Positions 8,121-17,107 of a stretch of DNA of 23,594 nucleotides are shown one piece after another (positions within the stretch are counted from its first letter, which is position 1; each line of letters starts with the position of its first letter). The stretch is taken from NCBI GenBank assembly GCA_038128265.1, contig JAYPJE010000060.1, positions 1 through 23,594 of the forward strand. The letters run 5' to 3'. The stretch comes from Gemmatimonadota bacterium. GTDB lineage: Bacteria > Latescibacterota > UBA2968 > UBA8231. The translations under genes and the position numbers were made by a program. The notes below the pieces were generated by a model. The model searched no databases and was not told the DNA's origin. It saw nothing but the letters and a program-made list of their open reading frames with translations.

Positions 8121-9362
8121 TCAATCTGCCGCGGTGCGCCCTTCGGCCACGCGAAAGAGTACCGCACCCGCAAGCGCCGCCAGCACCGCGCCCGCATAGA
8201 AGATTACGTGCGGAGCGAAGTGGGTCGAGCAATAGCCAAACAGCGGCAGGAACAGTGCGTAGACGCCGCTTTCCGTCCCGTAGCGCACGGCCACGTAGAG
8301 GCCGCGCTGATCCGACGGCGAAAGATCCAATACAGACAGATAGAGCGGCATCGTAATGCCGCTAGAGCCGATGCCAATAAGCACGTAGGCGACAAGCAAC
8401 CACGAGCGACTGTCGGCATGGGGAAAGAGGGCGAAGCCGGCTACGGCAACGATCGAAAACAGCAGGGCCGTCTGCGCGCGACCCAAACGGTCGGCCAGCC
8501 AGCCGATTAGCGGCGCGCTGCACATGGCAATGGCGCTGTTGACGCTGGCTAGGTAGCCGACAAACTCATCGGGCAAGCCGTGTACGCGCCTCGCCGTCGG
8601 CCAGATATAGTACTGCGTTGCGCTAAATCCCATGCGCGCAACGACGGCAATTAAAAAAATGGCGAAGCGGCGGTCAGCGGCCACGGCGCGCAGCGCCTGG
8701 CGCAAACGCGGCTGCTCCACTCGGCGAAGCGGACGCAGACCGGGCAGTTGGCGCAGGCGCAGCAGCAGCACGCTGGTGCACAGCGAAAAGACCAAGCCCG
8801 TGGACCATACTGCCGTATAGCCGAGCGGATAATCCAAACGTCCAACGATCGCCGCGACAATGAGCCCACTGGCAATGCCCGCCAACCCCCCTAGCGCTCC
8901 CTGCATACCGAGCAGTTTGCCGCGCCCTCCGGGTCGCAGCACGCGGCTGAGCAGATCCATATTGGCAATGCTACCGAAGGCACCAACGACGCTATTGATC
9001 AGGTAATAGAAAAATACCGCACCAAAGAACGGCCATAGACCCACTTGACCTCCGGTGGACCACAGCAGAGCAATCGGCAAGAGCAGGGGCAGCAGTTGGA
9101 TAACGTGTGCGCCCCACATTAGTCGCACTTTGTCGCGCGCCGCATCGACGTAGCGCGCCGCTACAAACTGCGCCACGAGCGATACGAGCTGGTTGGCGGC
9201 AAAGAGGCCGAGGACAAAGTCGGACGCTCCCTGGCGCATCAGCACGGTATTAAATAGATCGGCCGATATAAACGAACCGCTCAAACCTTGTAGCGTAGAG
9301 TAGGTCGTCCAATTTATGGCGTTGCCGCGCTCGGCTCGCCCGATCAGTTCAGCGCGGCGCAC
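8121..9362 (-). CDS. MFS transporter
   Basis: 413 aa with about 12 hydrophobic segments; GWLADRLGR motif; RGKLLG and DQRGLY loops. Confidence 0.9.
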   Translation of the reverse strand: MRRAELIGRAERGNAINWTTYSTLQGLSGSFISADLFNTVLMRQGASDFVLGLFAANQLVSLVAQFVAARYVDAARDKVRLMWGAHVIQLLPLLLPIALLWSTGGQVGLWPFFGAVFFYYLINSVVGAFGSIANMDLLSRVLRPGGRGKLLGMQGALGGLAGIASGLIVAAIVGRLDYPLGYTAVWSTGLVFSLCTSVLLLRLRQLPGLRPLRRVEQPRLRQALRAVAADRRFAIFLIAVVARMGFSATQYYIWPTARRVHGLPDEFVGYLASVNSAIAMCSAPLIGWLADRLGRAQTALLFSIVAVAGFALFPHADSRSWLLVAYVLIGIGSSGITMPLYLSVLDLSPSDQRGLYVAVRYGTESGVYALFLPLFGYCSTHFAPHVIFYAGAVLAALAGAVLFRVAEGRTAAD

Positions 9363-9401
9363 CGGCGCACTCCGTCAACTGCACGTCTGCAATCCGCACG
9401 T

Positions 9402-9593
9402 TCAGCCATTTTCTCGCCGCACATCAATGGCAATATCGCCTTCTTCGTAGACCTGAACGCCCAACACAATCGGGCTGCAGCACACCTGGCAATCTTCGAC
9501 ATAGGTCTGCTGCGGCACGGAACAATCAATCAGCACGTCGATGTATTCCCCGCAGTAGGGGCATTCAATGGCGCGCTCTTCTAAGTAGTTCAT
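9402..9593 (-). CDS. CPXCG-motif cysteine-rich small protein
   Basis: CPYCGE...D.S...QTYVEDCQVCCSPI, 63 aa, acidic. Confidence 0.9.
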   Translation of the reverse strand: MNYLEERAIECPYCGEYIDVLIDCSVPQQTYVEDCQVCCSPIVLGVQVYEEGDIAIDVRRENG

Positions 9594-9597
9594 CGGC

Positions 9598-10737
9598 CTA
9601 TTGGCTCCGCTCTATCGAGACCCATAAAAAGCGCGGCCGATAGATATCGGCGTCTTCAATGAGACTGTCCCAAGAACGCGCGTTGACGTTATAGGACACC
9701 AGCCATTCATCCGGTGTCGACAGCGTGGGGTGCGCTTTGGCATTGTAGGTATACATTTCTTTGCCGGCATCCGGCTCGGATGTGTGATAGATGTCGATGC
9801 GCGGTCCAAAAGGACCAACCGGACTGTCGCCGATACGCAAGTAGAGGTCGCGTTCGACGTGCATCGAGACGAGCAAATACCGGCCCGCTAACGCGCCGTG
9901 CGCAGCGGGCGTCACGCTCAGTTCGGGACCGCCTCGACCCAGCGGCGCGGCATCGGCTATATCGGCACTCCAGCGCACCCCGTCCCAAAAGCGCCACGCC
10001 GCACCGTCTTCAAATGCGTCGCTCTCGACGCGCGCAACGGCCAGCTTTACCTCGACATCGCCGCAGCCGTGGTAGCGCCCGTAGGCGTAGATAAACCCAT
10101 CTGGGTTGGGCACGCCCGCCTGTTCCGTATGCGGCATAAACGCCGCACCAAAAAACAGCTTCCGCCGTTCGTCGACGTGAAAAAGCGGCACGTCCTCCTG
10201 CTCGTGAAGCGCCCACTCGGGCCCATCATCGCCCAGCGGCACCTTGATCAGACAGGTGCCAAAGTCGCGAAACTGGAAACCCGGCGGACCGTCGGGACGT
10301 CGTTCGATCAGCATCGGCATCATATAGAGATGGCCGTTCTGCGCAAAGCCATCCTGCAGCCAGTACCAGCACGAACCCGCCGCGCGCGCCTGCGGCGTAG
10401 ACGGCGTGAAAAACGTGCCGTCTCCCTCGTCGCTCCACAAAAAGCGCAGCGCTTCTGGATTGGGCGCGCTGCCATCGAGCAGTGCCAGCGTGTTGTTGAC
10501 CATGCGAAAGTCGCGCCGCACGCCCTCGGCGTCGACGTCGCCGATAAACGTATCGCCAAAAATGAGGATCTGCCGATCGTCGGCCGCCTCTGCCGATGGC
10601 GGTCCCTCGCAGCCCGACAGCGCGACGGCATAAATGCCATCGCTCCCCGTCCAGCCACTCCGGCGTTTAAAGAGCGCGTCCCACTCCGGTGCCTCGCGCA
10701 CGCCAATGCGCCATCCCTCCGCTTCTACCACTCCCAT
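9598..10737 (-). CDS. DUF4185/DUF5005-like beta-propeller protein (putative glycoside hydrolase)
   Basis: GWTGSDGIY, FGDTFIG, MVNNT, YWLQDG, DGFIYAYG, WRFWDG..WS, SPVGPF, YTYNAKAHP, IYRPRF. ATG 10737 lies 4 nt after the upstream stop. No signal peptide evident. Confidence 0.7.
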   Translation of the reverse strand: MGVVEAEGWRIGVREAPEWDALFKRRSGWTGSDGIYAVALSGCEGPPSAEAADDRQILIFGDTFIGDVDAEGVRRDFRMVNNTLALLDGSAPNPEALRFLWSDEGDGTFFTPSTPQARAAGSCWYWLQDGFAQNGHLYMMPMLIERRPDGPPGFQFRDFGTCLIKVPLGDDGPEWALHEQEDVPLFHVDERRKLFFGAAFMPHTEQAGVPNPDGFIYAYGRYHGCGDVEVKLAVARVESDAFEDGAAWRFWDGVRWSADIADAAPLGRGGPELSVTPAAHGALAGRYLLVSMHVERDLYLRIGDSPVGPFGPRIDIYHTSEPDAGKEMYTYNAKAHPTLSTPDEWLVSYNVNARSWDSLIEDADIYRPRFLWVSIERSQ

Positions 10738-10741
10738 ATCG

Positions 10742-12547
10742 TCACGCCCACCGCGGTCCCTCGTGCGACGGTCGATGCACAAAGCGCCTCATATCGAGCG
10801 TGAGCTGCACTTGAGTCGCCGGACCCAATTCAATGCGAATCCAACGGCTATTCACCGGTTCTACTTGGCCACCTGCAGCCTGTACCGCACTAAATTCGTG
10901 TTCGCCAAACGATCCGGACTGCAGGATGACGGCGCGTCGTTGGACCGGATCGGTGTTGACCAGCGTCACCGCGGCACCGTCTGCAGCGACGGCGCTCACC
11001 AGCGCGGCGACGTGTTCGGGCAGCCCCGCGCGCCGTTGAGCCGGATCAAAGTAGCGCAGATGGGCCTGCAGCAGCCCGCCGTTGTACAGCGCAGAAGGCG
11101 TACCCATCGTCATCTGTACGAGCGCTTCGGGCAGCACTGGGTTCATATTCTGAAAGTGGTAGCAGTGGCGCTCTTCCGGATCGCTATCGTCGGCGGCCAG
11201 ACGTTCCAAGCTGCGCCCCATGCACTGGTAGGTCGAATCAATGGCCGCGCGCGGGTAGTCGGCATACTGGCCCTCCATCCAAGCCTGCCAAGCACGGGGC
11301 GGGCAGATACCCGCTTTGCCAGCACCCCAGTCATCGGGGAAAGCGGCAAAGCTATCGCGCTGGGGAAAGATCTCTTCCAGGCGCGCGCGATCTTCGTCGC
11401 TCTGACTCAGATAGCACAAGTGGATGTAGAGTTCGGGATCGGGCGGACGGTAGTCAAACCAGCCGGTGTCGCCGTGGCGTGCCGGTATTTTCCACACCCC
11501 GTCCTCCTGACGGCGCAGATCCCACAGCATGTCCAGCTGCGAGCGACACAGATCCAGCCAACTCATATCGCCGGTCATCAGCGCGGCGCACGAGCCGGCT
11601 ACATAGGCGCTTTCGACGATATTGCGTCCCCCGTGCGGCCAGCGCCAGCCGTAGTAGCCGCCCCACCACTTGCCGTCGATCAGCTCGCCGATCTGACCGT
11701 TTGGCCCGATGTTGTCGGGCGCGATACCGCCGTTGCTGCGGCAGTGTTCCATCCACTTGGACAGGTATTCCAACACCCACGTCTTGTACTTTTCCTCGCC
11801 GGTATACAAATAGGCGTTGGTAACCAAGCTAGCTGACGACAAATTGAGCGGGACATCGCCGCGCGTCATGCGCCGATTGATCAGCTCGAGCACGCGTGCG
11901 AAGGTTTCGTCGTCGGTCCAGTCGGCTTTGGCAAAGGGATCGCCCCCCTCCACGCCCTCCATATCCTCGTAGGGCGCCAGATAATGGGCCAATATCGGAC
12001 GGTGGTAGTCCCAGTCGCGCTGCGTGGTGATAAAGCGCGGACCGCGGCTGCCGTTGAGCGGCGAACGCAGCATCTTGCGCTCGCTGTCCCAATTGTCGGC
12101 CAGCGGATCTTCGCCGATATACATCGCCGCGTAGCGCAACGCGCGGCGACGGTCAATGTGGTGGGTCGGGTCGGCCATACCCAAGTAGTAGATGTACGTG
12201 TAGCTTTCGCTGTGGTGAAACCAGTCGAAACCGGCGACAAATTCGCGCTCCACCGTACCGTAGTCCTCATACTGCCAGGTAATGGCATCCCACTCCTTGC
12301 GCGCCAGTGAGTGCATGTGCTCACCGCCCCCGACCAAGTAGAAAAGGGGCAGCGAAAGGAAGGCTTCGTAGCCGTTGTCCGTGCCATCCATACTCGTCCA
12401 GACGCTGCGCTGTATCAGCGTGCCGTCGGGGCGCGTAGCGTGTTCGACAAAGGGCCATACGGCTCGGTCCATCGCCGCGATCAACGCGCGCTGCTGCACC
12501 GCCCAATCGGGCAGAGGACCGCGCTGGTCTACTATCATCGAATGCAT
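10742..12547 (-). CDS. Conserved hypothetical protein, 601 aa, aromatic/acidic-rich
   Basis: ATG 12547 after AAAGGTGG. Enzyme-like motifs DGTDNGYE, FDWFHHSE, PDNIGPNG, WWGGYYGWRWPHG, RYFDP..RRAGLPE.VAALV. Function not recognised. Confidence 0.85.
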   Translation of the reverse strand: MHSMIVDQRGPLPDWAVQQRALIAAMDRAVWPFVEHATRPDGTLIQRSVWTSMDGTDNGYEAFLSLPLFYLVGGGEHMHSLARKEWDAITWQYEDYGTVEREFVAGFDWFHHSESYTYIYYLGMADPTHHIDRRRALRYAAMYIGEDPLADNWDSERKMLRSPLNGSRGPRFITTQRDWDYHRPILAHYLAPYEDMEGVEGGDPFAKADWTDDETFARVLELINRRMTRGDVPLNLSSASLVTNAYLYTGEEKYKTWVLEYLSKWMEHCRSNGGIAPDNIGPNGQIGELIDGKWWGGYYGWRWPHGGRNIVESAYVAGSCAALMTGDMSWLDLCRSQLDMLWDLRRQEDGVWKIPARHGDTGWFDYRPPDPELYIHLCYLSQSDEDRARLEEIFPQRDSFAAFPDDWGAGKAGICPPRAWQAWMEGQYADYPRAAIDSTYQCMGRSLERLAADDSDPEERHCYHFQNMNPVLPEALVQMTMGTPSALYNGGLLQAHLRYFDPAQRRAGLPEHVAALVSAVAADGAAVTLVNTDPVQRRAVILQSGSFGEHEFSAVQAAGGQVEPVNSRWIRIELGPATQVQLTLDMRRFVHRPSHEGPRWA

Positions 12548-12686
12548 TTTTCCACCTTTCCTACACGGTGCACCACGCACCGGCTCGTACGAGCAGAATA
12601 ATAGGACAATCCCGACTCGTAACCAATGCCTCTTGCCCTCGCCGTAACCATTTGCTTTCCTTCCCGCTACCGCGAGGAGGCGCCCT

Positions 12687-13775
12687 GTGAAAATTACCCA
12701 TATTGACGTCCATGCTTGTGCCGTGCCGCCTACGCCCACGGCGCTCTACCGAATCGAAAAGGATCGCTCCCTACAGGAGCAGCTCGACGCCGACACTCGG
12801 CCCAAGTATATCGCCCAAGTGCATACGGATGCGGGCATCACCGGGCTGGGCGAATCGCATCGCGGCATCGATCCGGCGCTCGTGCACGGGGCGCTGCAGC
12901 CGCTGATCGGACTCGACCCACTTGCACTCAACCTACGCCGGCTGCCCGTTGAGCCCAGCATCGCCTACGACGTCGGCGAAATCGCCCTCTACGATATTGT
13001 CGGCCAGGCGGCCGGCCTGTCCGTATGCCAGCTGCTCGGCGGTCCCTATCGCTCGTGGGTCGGCGCGCACTATTGGATGGGCAAGCGCACACCAGAAGAG
13101 AGCGCGGAAATTGCCCTCGAAGGCAGGGCAAAGGGCTTTACAGGCGTGAAGATCAAATGCGGCAAGGACGCACCCGATCAGGAATCGGTCGCGCGCGTGC
13201 GCGCCATTCGCGATGCCGTAGGCGATGAATTCGAGCTGGAGCTAGACGCCAACGGCGGCTTTCGCATGCGCGACGACTTAGAAGACCTCTGCGCCCAGCT
13301 GCACGAATTGGGCGTGGCGCGCCTCGAAGACCCCTACCCACGCGCCGATCCAGCCCCCTTTGCCCAGCTGCGCGGGCGCATCAAACTGCCGCTGGCCTAT
13401 CACGCCCTCACGCTCGAGCAGGTGCTCGGCGCCGTCCGCATCAACGCAGCACAGGCTATCAACGCCGGCTGCGGCTCGCTGCCGCTCTTTGTGCGCATGG
13501 CCGACTTAGCCGACGCGGCCGGCGTTCCCAGCTGGCATGGCTCGGCGCAGGAGTTGGGCATTCGCGATGCGGCCTACGTGCACGCCTGCGCCGCCGCACC
13601 CGGCTGCACGCTGTCGAGCGATATACTGCACCACCTGTGGGCCGACGACCTGATCGCCGAACCGCTCGCACTCGAAAGAGGGCGCGTACGCGTGCCGGAC
13701 GGCCCGGGCTTAGGCGTCGAATTAGACGGCGACGCGGTAGCGCGATACACTGTCGACTCGTTCACTCTGCGCTAG
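12687..13775 (+). CDS. Mandelate racemase/muconate lactonizing enzyme (enolase superfamily) protein
   Basis: MKIT.I, TDAGITGLGE, EIALYDIVGQ...V.QLLGG, KIK (155-157), LDAN (D187), LEDP (E214), VPDGPGLGVELD. GAGGAGG RBS before GTG. Confidence 0.93.
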   Translation: MKITHIDVHACAVPPTPTALYRIEKDRSLQEQLDADTRPKYIAQVHTDAGITGLGESHRGIDPALVHGALQPLIGLDPLALNLRRLPVEPSIAYDVGEIALYDIVGQAAGLSVCQLLGGPYRSWVGAHYWMGKRTPEESAEIALEGRAKGFTGVKIKCGKDAPDQESVARVRAIRDAVGDEFELELDANGGFRMRDDLEDLCAQLHELGVARLEDPYPRADPAPFAQLRGRIKLPLAYHALTLEQVLGAVRINAAQAINAGCGSLPLFVRMADLADAAGVPSWHGSAQELGIRDAAYVHACAAAPGCTLSSDILHHLWADDLIAEPLALERGRVRVPDGPGLGVELDGDAVARYTVDSFTLR

Positions 13776-13779
13776 GCAC

Positions 13780-14256
13780 TCAGAGCTTTTTAAAGTAGGT
13801 GACGTCTCTGTGGTGAATATCAAAACCGGCGCGCTCGTAGGCCCGCCGCGCCGGGGCATGCGCCTCGTCGCAGCCGGTCTGCACCTTGGCATAGCGCATG
13901 CCCTGCGCTTTAAAATGGGCTAGCGCGGCCGCGTAGAGCTGCTGACCGATGCCCTTCAGGCCGCAATCGGGATCGACGGCGTTGTTGCCGATCTCGCCAA
14001 TGCCCCCGACCGAATCGAGGCGGAAGGTGATAAAGCCAACGATGCGATCGCCCTGCTCGCAGACCAACACCCACTCGGGATGACGCGCACAGTGGGCGCG
14101 AATTTGCTCGCCCTTGCTCGTGCGCTCATCGGCCACTAGCAGAGAAAAGAGCTCGTCGCCGTAGGTCTGGCGGAACATCCGGTAAATGCCGCGCCAGGCG
14201 CGGTTGCCTATATCGGCTAGCGCTTCTAGGTCGTCGGATTGAAAGGGGCGGATCAC
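13780..14256 (-). CDS. GNAT family N-acetyltransferase
   Basis: IRPF...D, IVGFI, GEIGNNAVDP...KGIGQQL, PARRAYERAGF. GAGG before GTG. Confidence 0.92.
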   Translation of the reverse strand: MIRPFQSDDLEALADIGNRAWRGIYRMFRQTYGDELFSLLVADERTSKGEQIRAHCARHPEWVLVCEQGDRIVGFITFRLDSVGGIGEIGNNAVDPDCGLKGIGQQLYAAALAHFKAQGMRYAKVQTGCDEAHAPARRAYERAGFDIHHRDVTYFKKL

Positions 14257-14331
14257 TGGTGCCTCAGCGGCATAACGGTGCGGGTGCTCGATGCGCTGCG
14301 CCGAACGCCCAGCGGACAGCGGCCCATGCGA

Positions 14332-14850
14332 CTATACTTCCGTCAGCCTCGGCATTAAATCGGCCAGGTTGCACGGCTGGTTGGTCGAGTCGAGCTGTGG
14401 ACCAATGAGCTTGTCCCAGCCCGTTGCGCAGGCACCCGACGAGCCGGGCAGGCAAAATACGTAGGTGCCGTTGCTCACGCCGGCAATGCAGCGCGATTGC
14501 ATCGTCGCCGTACCGATCTCTTCGTAGGAAATCATGCGGAAAACCTCACCAAAACCCTCGATTTTCTTGTCGAAGAGCGGCGCGACAGCCTCGGGCGTGC
14601 CGTCGCGTCCCGTCAGGCCGGTGCCGCCAGTGCTGACAACAGCCTGCACCTGCGGGTCGGCAATCCACTGCGCCACCTTGGCGCGCACCTGGTATATATC
14701 GTCGGGCAAAATGCACTTCTCGTGCAGGATATGCCCCTGCTCTTGCAGGCGCTCAACCAGCAAATTACCCGACTTATCGCTGTGCTCATCTCGCGTATCG
14801 GATACCGTCAGCACGGCAATGCGCACGGCAATGCGCTGTTCATCAGACAT
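14332..14850 (-). CDS. moaB: Molybdenum cofactor biosynthesis protein B
   Basis: AVLTVSDTR...DKSG, STGGTGLTGRDGTPEA, GFGEVFR, QSR, FCLPGS.GAC, QLD....PCN. Confidence 0.96.
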   Translation of the reverse strand: MSDEQRIAVRIAVLTVSDTRDEHSDKSGNLLVERLQEQGHILHEKCILPDDIYQVRAKVAQWIADPQVQAVVSTGGTGLTGRDGTPEAVAPLFDKKIEGFGEVFRMISYEEIGTATMQSRCIAGVSNGTYVFCLPGSSGACATGWDKLIGPQLDSTNQPCNLADLMPRLTEV

Positions 14851-14858
14851 TTCTTACC

Positions 14859-15755
14859 TCATTGGTCTTGATAGGGTACGAGTTTGACTTCGTATAGTTT
14901 GGGCCACCATTTACCGGTGACAAAAAGGCGGTCTCCCCGCGCGTCGTAGGCAATGCCGTTGAGGACATCGACGCGCCGTCCGCCGCGGTCGGCCGCGCTG
15001 AGCAAGCCGCTCAGGTCGATAATGCCCGTAACCTGGCCGCTGTTTGGATCGATGCGCACGATGCGGTCGGTCTGCCAAATATTGGCAAATACCTGTCCAT
15101 CGATGTATTCGAGTTCGTTGAGGTTGGCCACCGGACTCTCGCCCTGGCGCACCGCCACACGCCCCGTTTCAGCAAAGGTGAACGGATCGCGAAAGTAGAG
15201 CGTCGACGTACCGTCGCTCATAATCAGGCGCTCGCCGTCGTGGGTCAGTCCCCACCCCTCTGTCGCATAGCTAAACTGCGTGCGCAACTCAAATGTGTCC
15301 ACGTCGTACACAAAGGCCGTCTGCGACTGCCAGGTAATTTGCAGGACGCGATTGTTGAAAATGGCAATGCCTTCGCCAAAAAAGCGCGTATCCAGGTCGC
15401 GCTGCTGTAAGACCTGTCCCGTCTCTAGCGCGACTTTGCGCAAAGAGGAGCGCCCGTTGAGACCGGTGCCCTCGTATAGGAAACCCTCTAAGTAGACCAA
15501 ACCCTGGGTAAAAGCCGCCGGATCGTGCGGATAGGCGTTGACGATTTCGTAGCCATAGAGCGCCGGTTCGGCGACGGGCTGCGGTTCCATCGGCTGAGCC
15601 TCTTTTTGCTCGCTCGTCGACGCGTCGGAGCAGGCGCTCGATGCGAACAGCGCCCACAGCCAGCACAGGGCCAGCAAGCCGTTCCGCGACGGCCTCAAAA
15701 AACAGGTGGGCCACCTATCGCGGGAATGCAAGCACAAACTGAGTGCCTCCCTCAT
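14859..15755 (-). CDS. Glutaminyl-peptide cyclotransferase (type I, beta-propeller), probable lipoprotein
   Basis: YPHDP.AFTQGL, YEGTG, FGEGI, QITW, EGWGL, MSDG, LNELE, ANIWQ, DVLNGIAYD, TGKWWP. Hydrophobic stretch ending SSAC. True start may be TTG 15698 rather than ATG 15755. Confidence 0.94.
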   Translation of the reverse strand: MREALSLCLHSRDRWPTCFLRPSRNGLLALCWLWALFASSACSDASTSEQKEAQPMEPQPVAEPALYGYEIVNAYPHDPAAFTQGLVYLEGFLYEGTGLNGRSSLRKVALETGQVLQQRDLDTRFFGEGIAIFNNRVLQITWQSQTAFVYDVDTFELRTQFSYATEGWGLTHDGERLIMSDGTSTLYFRDPFTFAETGRVAVRQGESPVANLNELEYIDGQVFANIWQTDRIVRIDPNSGQVTGIIDLSGLLSAADRGGRRVDVLNGIAYDARGDRLFVTGKWWPKLYEVKLVPYQDQ

Positions 15756-16950
15756 TTTTCACACTCAGCTCCCCCCGCAGCTGCCGGCTTAAGACGCGGA
15801 CGAGCTGCATGCCAAGCGACGTGGAACGCTGCAGGTCAAAGGGCGCAGGCAACCCCACGCCGTCGTCGTTTACCTCGAGCACAATGTGGTCGTCGTCTGC
15901 GCGAAGTGCGATCTGCAAAAGCCCCTTGCGGTCGTTGGGAAAGCCATGGCGCAGCGCATTGGCCACCAGTTCGTGCACGACGAGGCCGCAGGGAACGGCT
16001 CGGTCAATATCCAGCTGTACGTCTTCAGCATCTACCTGCAGCGCAACCTGCTGCGGCCACTCGCCGTGCGCGTTGAATACGTCGGCGACCATATGCTGAA
16101 AGTAAATGCTCATGTCGATGTGGCTCAGTTCATCCGCCTGGTAAAGGTTTTCATGCACCAGTGCCATGGTCAAAATGCGCCCGCGACTTTCCACGAGCGT
16201 CGTCGACACCGCGGCCTCGCTTTCGGATTGCGACGCCAAATCCAGCAGGCTGCACACCACTTGTAGGTTGTTCTTGACGCGGTGGTGCACCTCGCGCAGC
16301 AGCACGTGCTGTTCGTCAAGGGAGCGCTGTAGCTGTTTCGTGCGCTCGACTACGCGCTGCTCCAGTTCGTCCTTGTGGCGTTCGTTCTGTATGCGCAGCT
16401 GCTCTAAGCGACGTAGGGTGCGCGTGCGCACAAAGTGCATTACAATGCCTATCGCCGTCGTCGACAGTAGGGCAAAGCCATAGTGCTGCCACTCGGCAGC
16501 CGGCGACGCGTAACTAGCAATGACGGCCCACCCCATCCAGACGAGCGCAATGGTCGACAGGACGTAGTATATCGACAGGAACAGATAGGACGCTCCGATG
16601 ACAATAAGCATCTGGTTGGTCGTCTGGCCCGGATCGTCGAGGACATACAGATGGAGCAGGCTGTTGCCCAAGCACACCATGACGATAACCAGGCCCAGCG
16701 GATGGGCCCAGCGCACGGGCAGTTCCCAGCTTCTCAGCACCCAGCGCAGGACAAAAAACGCCGCTGAAGTAGTGGCGGCAACGGGCGTCATAATTGAGCT
16801 GGCGGCGGCTGGCAGCACCCAGTAGTGACCCAAAGCGAGCAAGGCATACAAAATACCCACACCCAGCAAAATGCTCTTCAGCGAGTGCTGTAGTACCGCA
16901 TCGAGAGCCGACTGCACGTTGGACTCGCTTTGCGAACGCCGCAACGCCAT
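15715..16950 (-). CDS. Membrane sensor histidine kinase, HisKA_2 type
   Basis: About 5 N-terminal TM segments, coiled coil, H-box EVHHRVKNNLQ, ELVANALRHG, DDGVG, SLGMQLV, GGT. Confidence 0.94.
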   Translation of the reverse strand: MALRRSQSESNVQSALDAVLQHSLKSILLGVGILYALLALGHYWVLPAAASSIMTPVAATTSAAFFVLRWVLRSWELPVRWAHPLGLVIVMVCLGNSLLHLYVLDDPGQTTNQMLIVIGASYLFLSIYYVLSTIALVWMGWAVIASYASPAAEWQHYGFALLSTTAIGIVMHFVRTRTLRRLEQLRIQNERHKDELEQRVVERTKQLQRSLDEQHVLLREVHHRVKNNLQVVCSLLDLASQSESEAAVSTTLVESRGRILTMALVHENLYQADELSHIDMSIYFQHMVADVFNAHGEWPQQVALQVDAEDVQLDIDRAVPCGLVVHELVANALRHGFPNDRKGLLQIALRADDDHIVLEVNDDGVGLPAPFDLQRSTSLGMQLVRVLSRQLRGELSVKNEGGTQFVLAFPR

Positions 16951-17107
16951 GTTGGATTACACACCCCCTATCGCACAACAAGAACGGCCCGCACGGGAAT
17001 CAAATTTTCGACCGCTCAGTGCGGAAAAAATCACCACGTCTTTGTAATTTATGCAATATATTCTTTTTTTATAGTGTTGTCTCACACTTTCTTGTCGCGG
17101 TGAACTC

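Noticed and set aside
9898..11836. Long plus-strand ORFs 9898..10803 (301 aa) and 10634..11836 (400 aa)
   Set aside because: Antisense shadows of well-supported minus-strand genes; no motifs; expected in GC-rich DNA.
12548..12739. N-terminal extension of the 665-aa ORF
   Set aside because: Crosses the divergent promoter and the enolase-family start; RBS supports ATG 12547.
14332..14850. A molybdenum cofactor operon around moaB
   Set aside because: No other moa/moe/mod genes or molybdoenzyme in the window.
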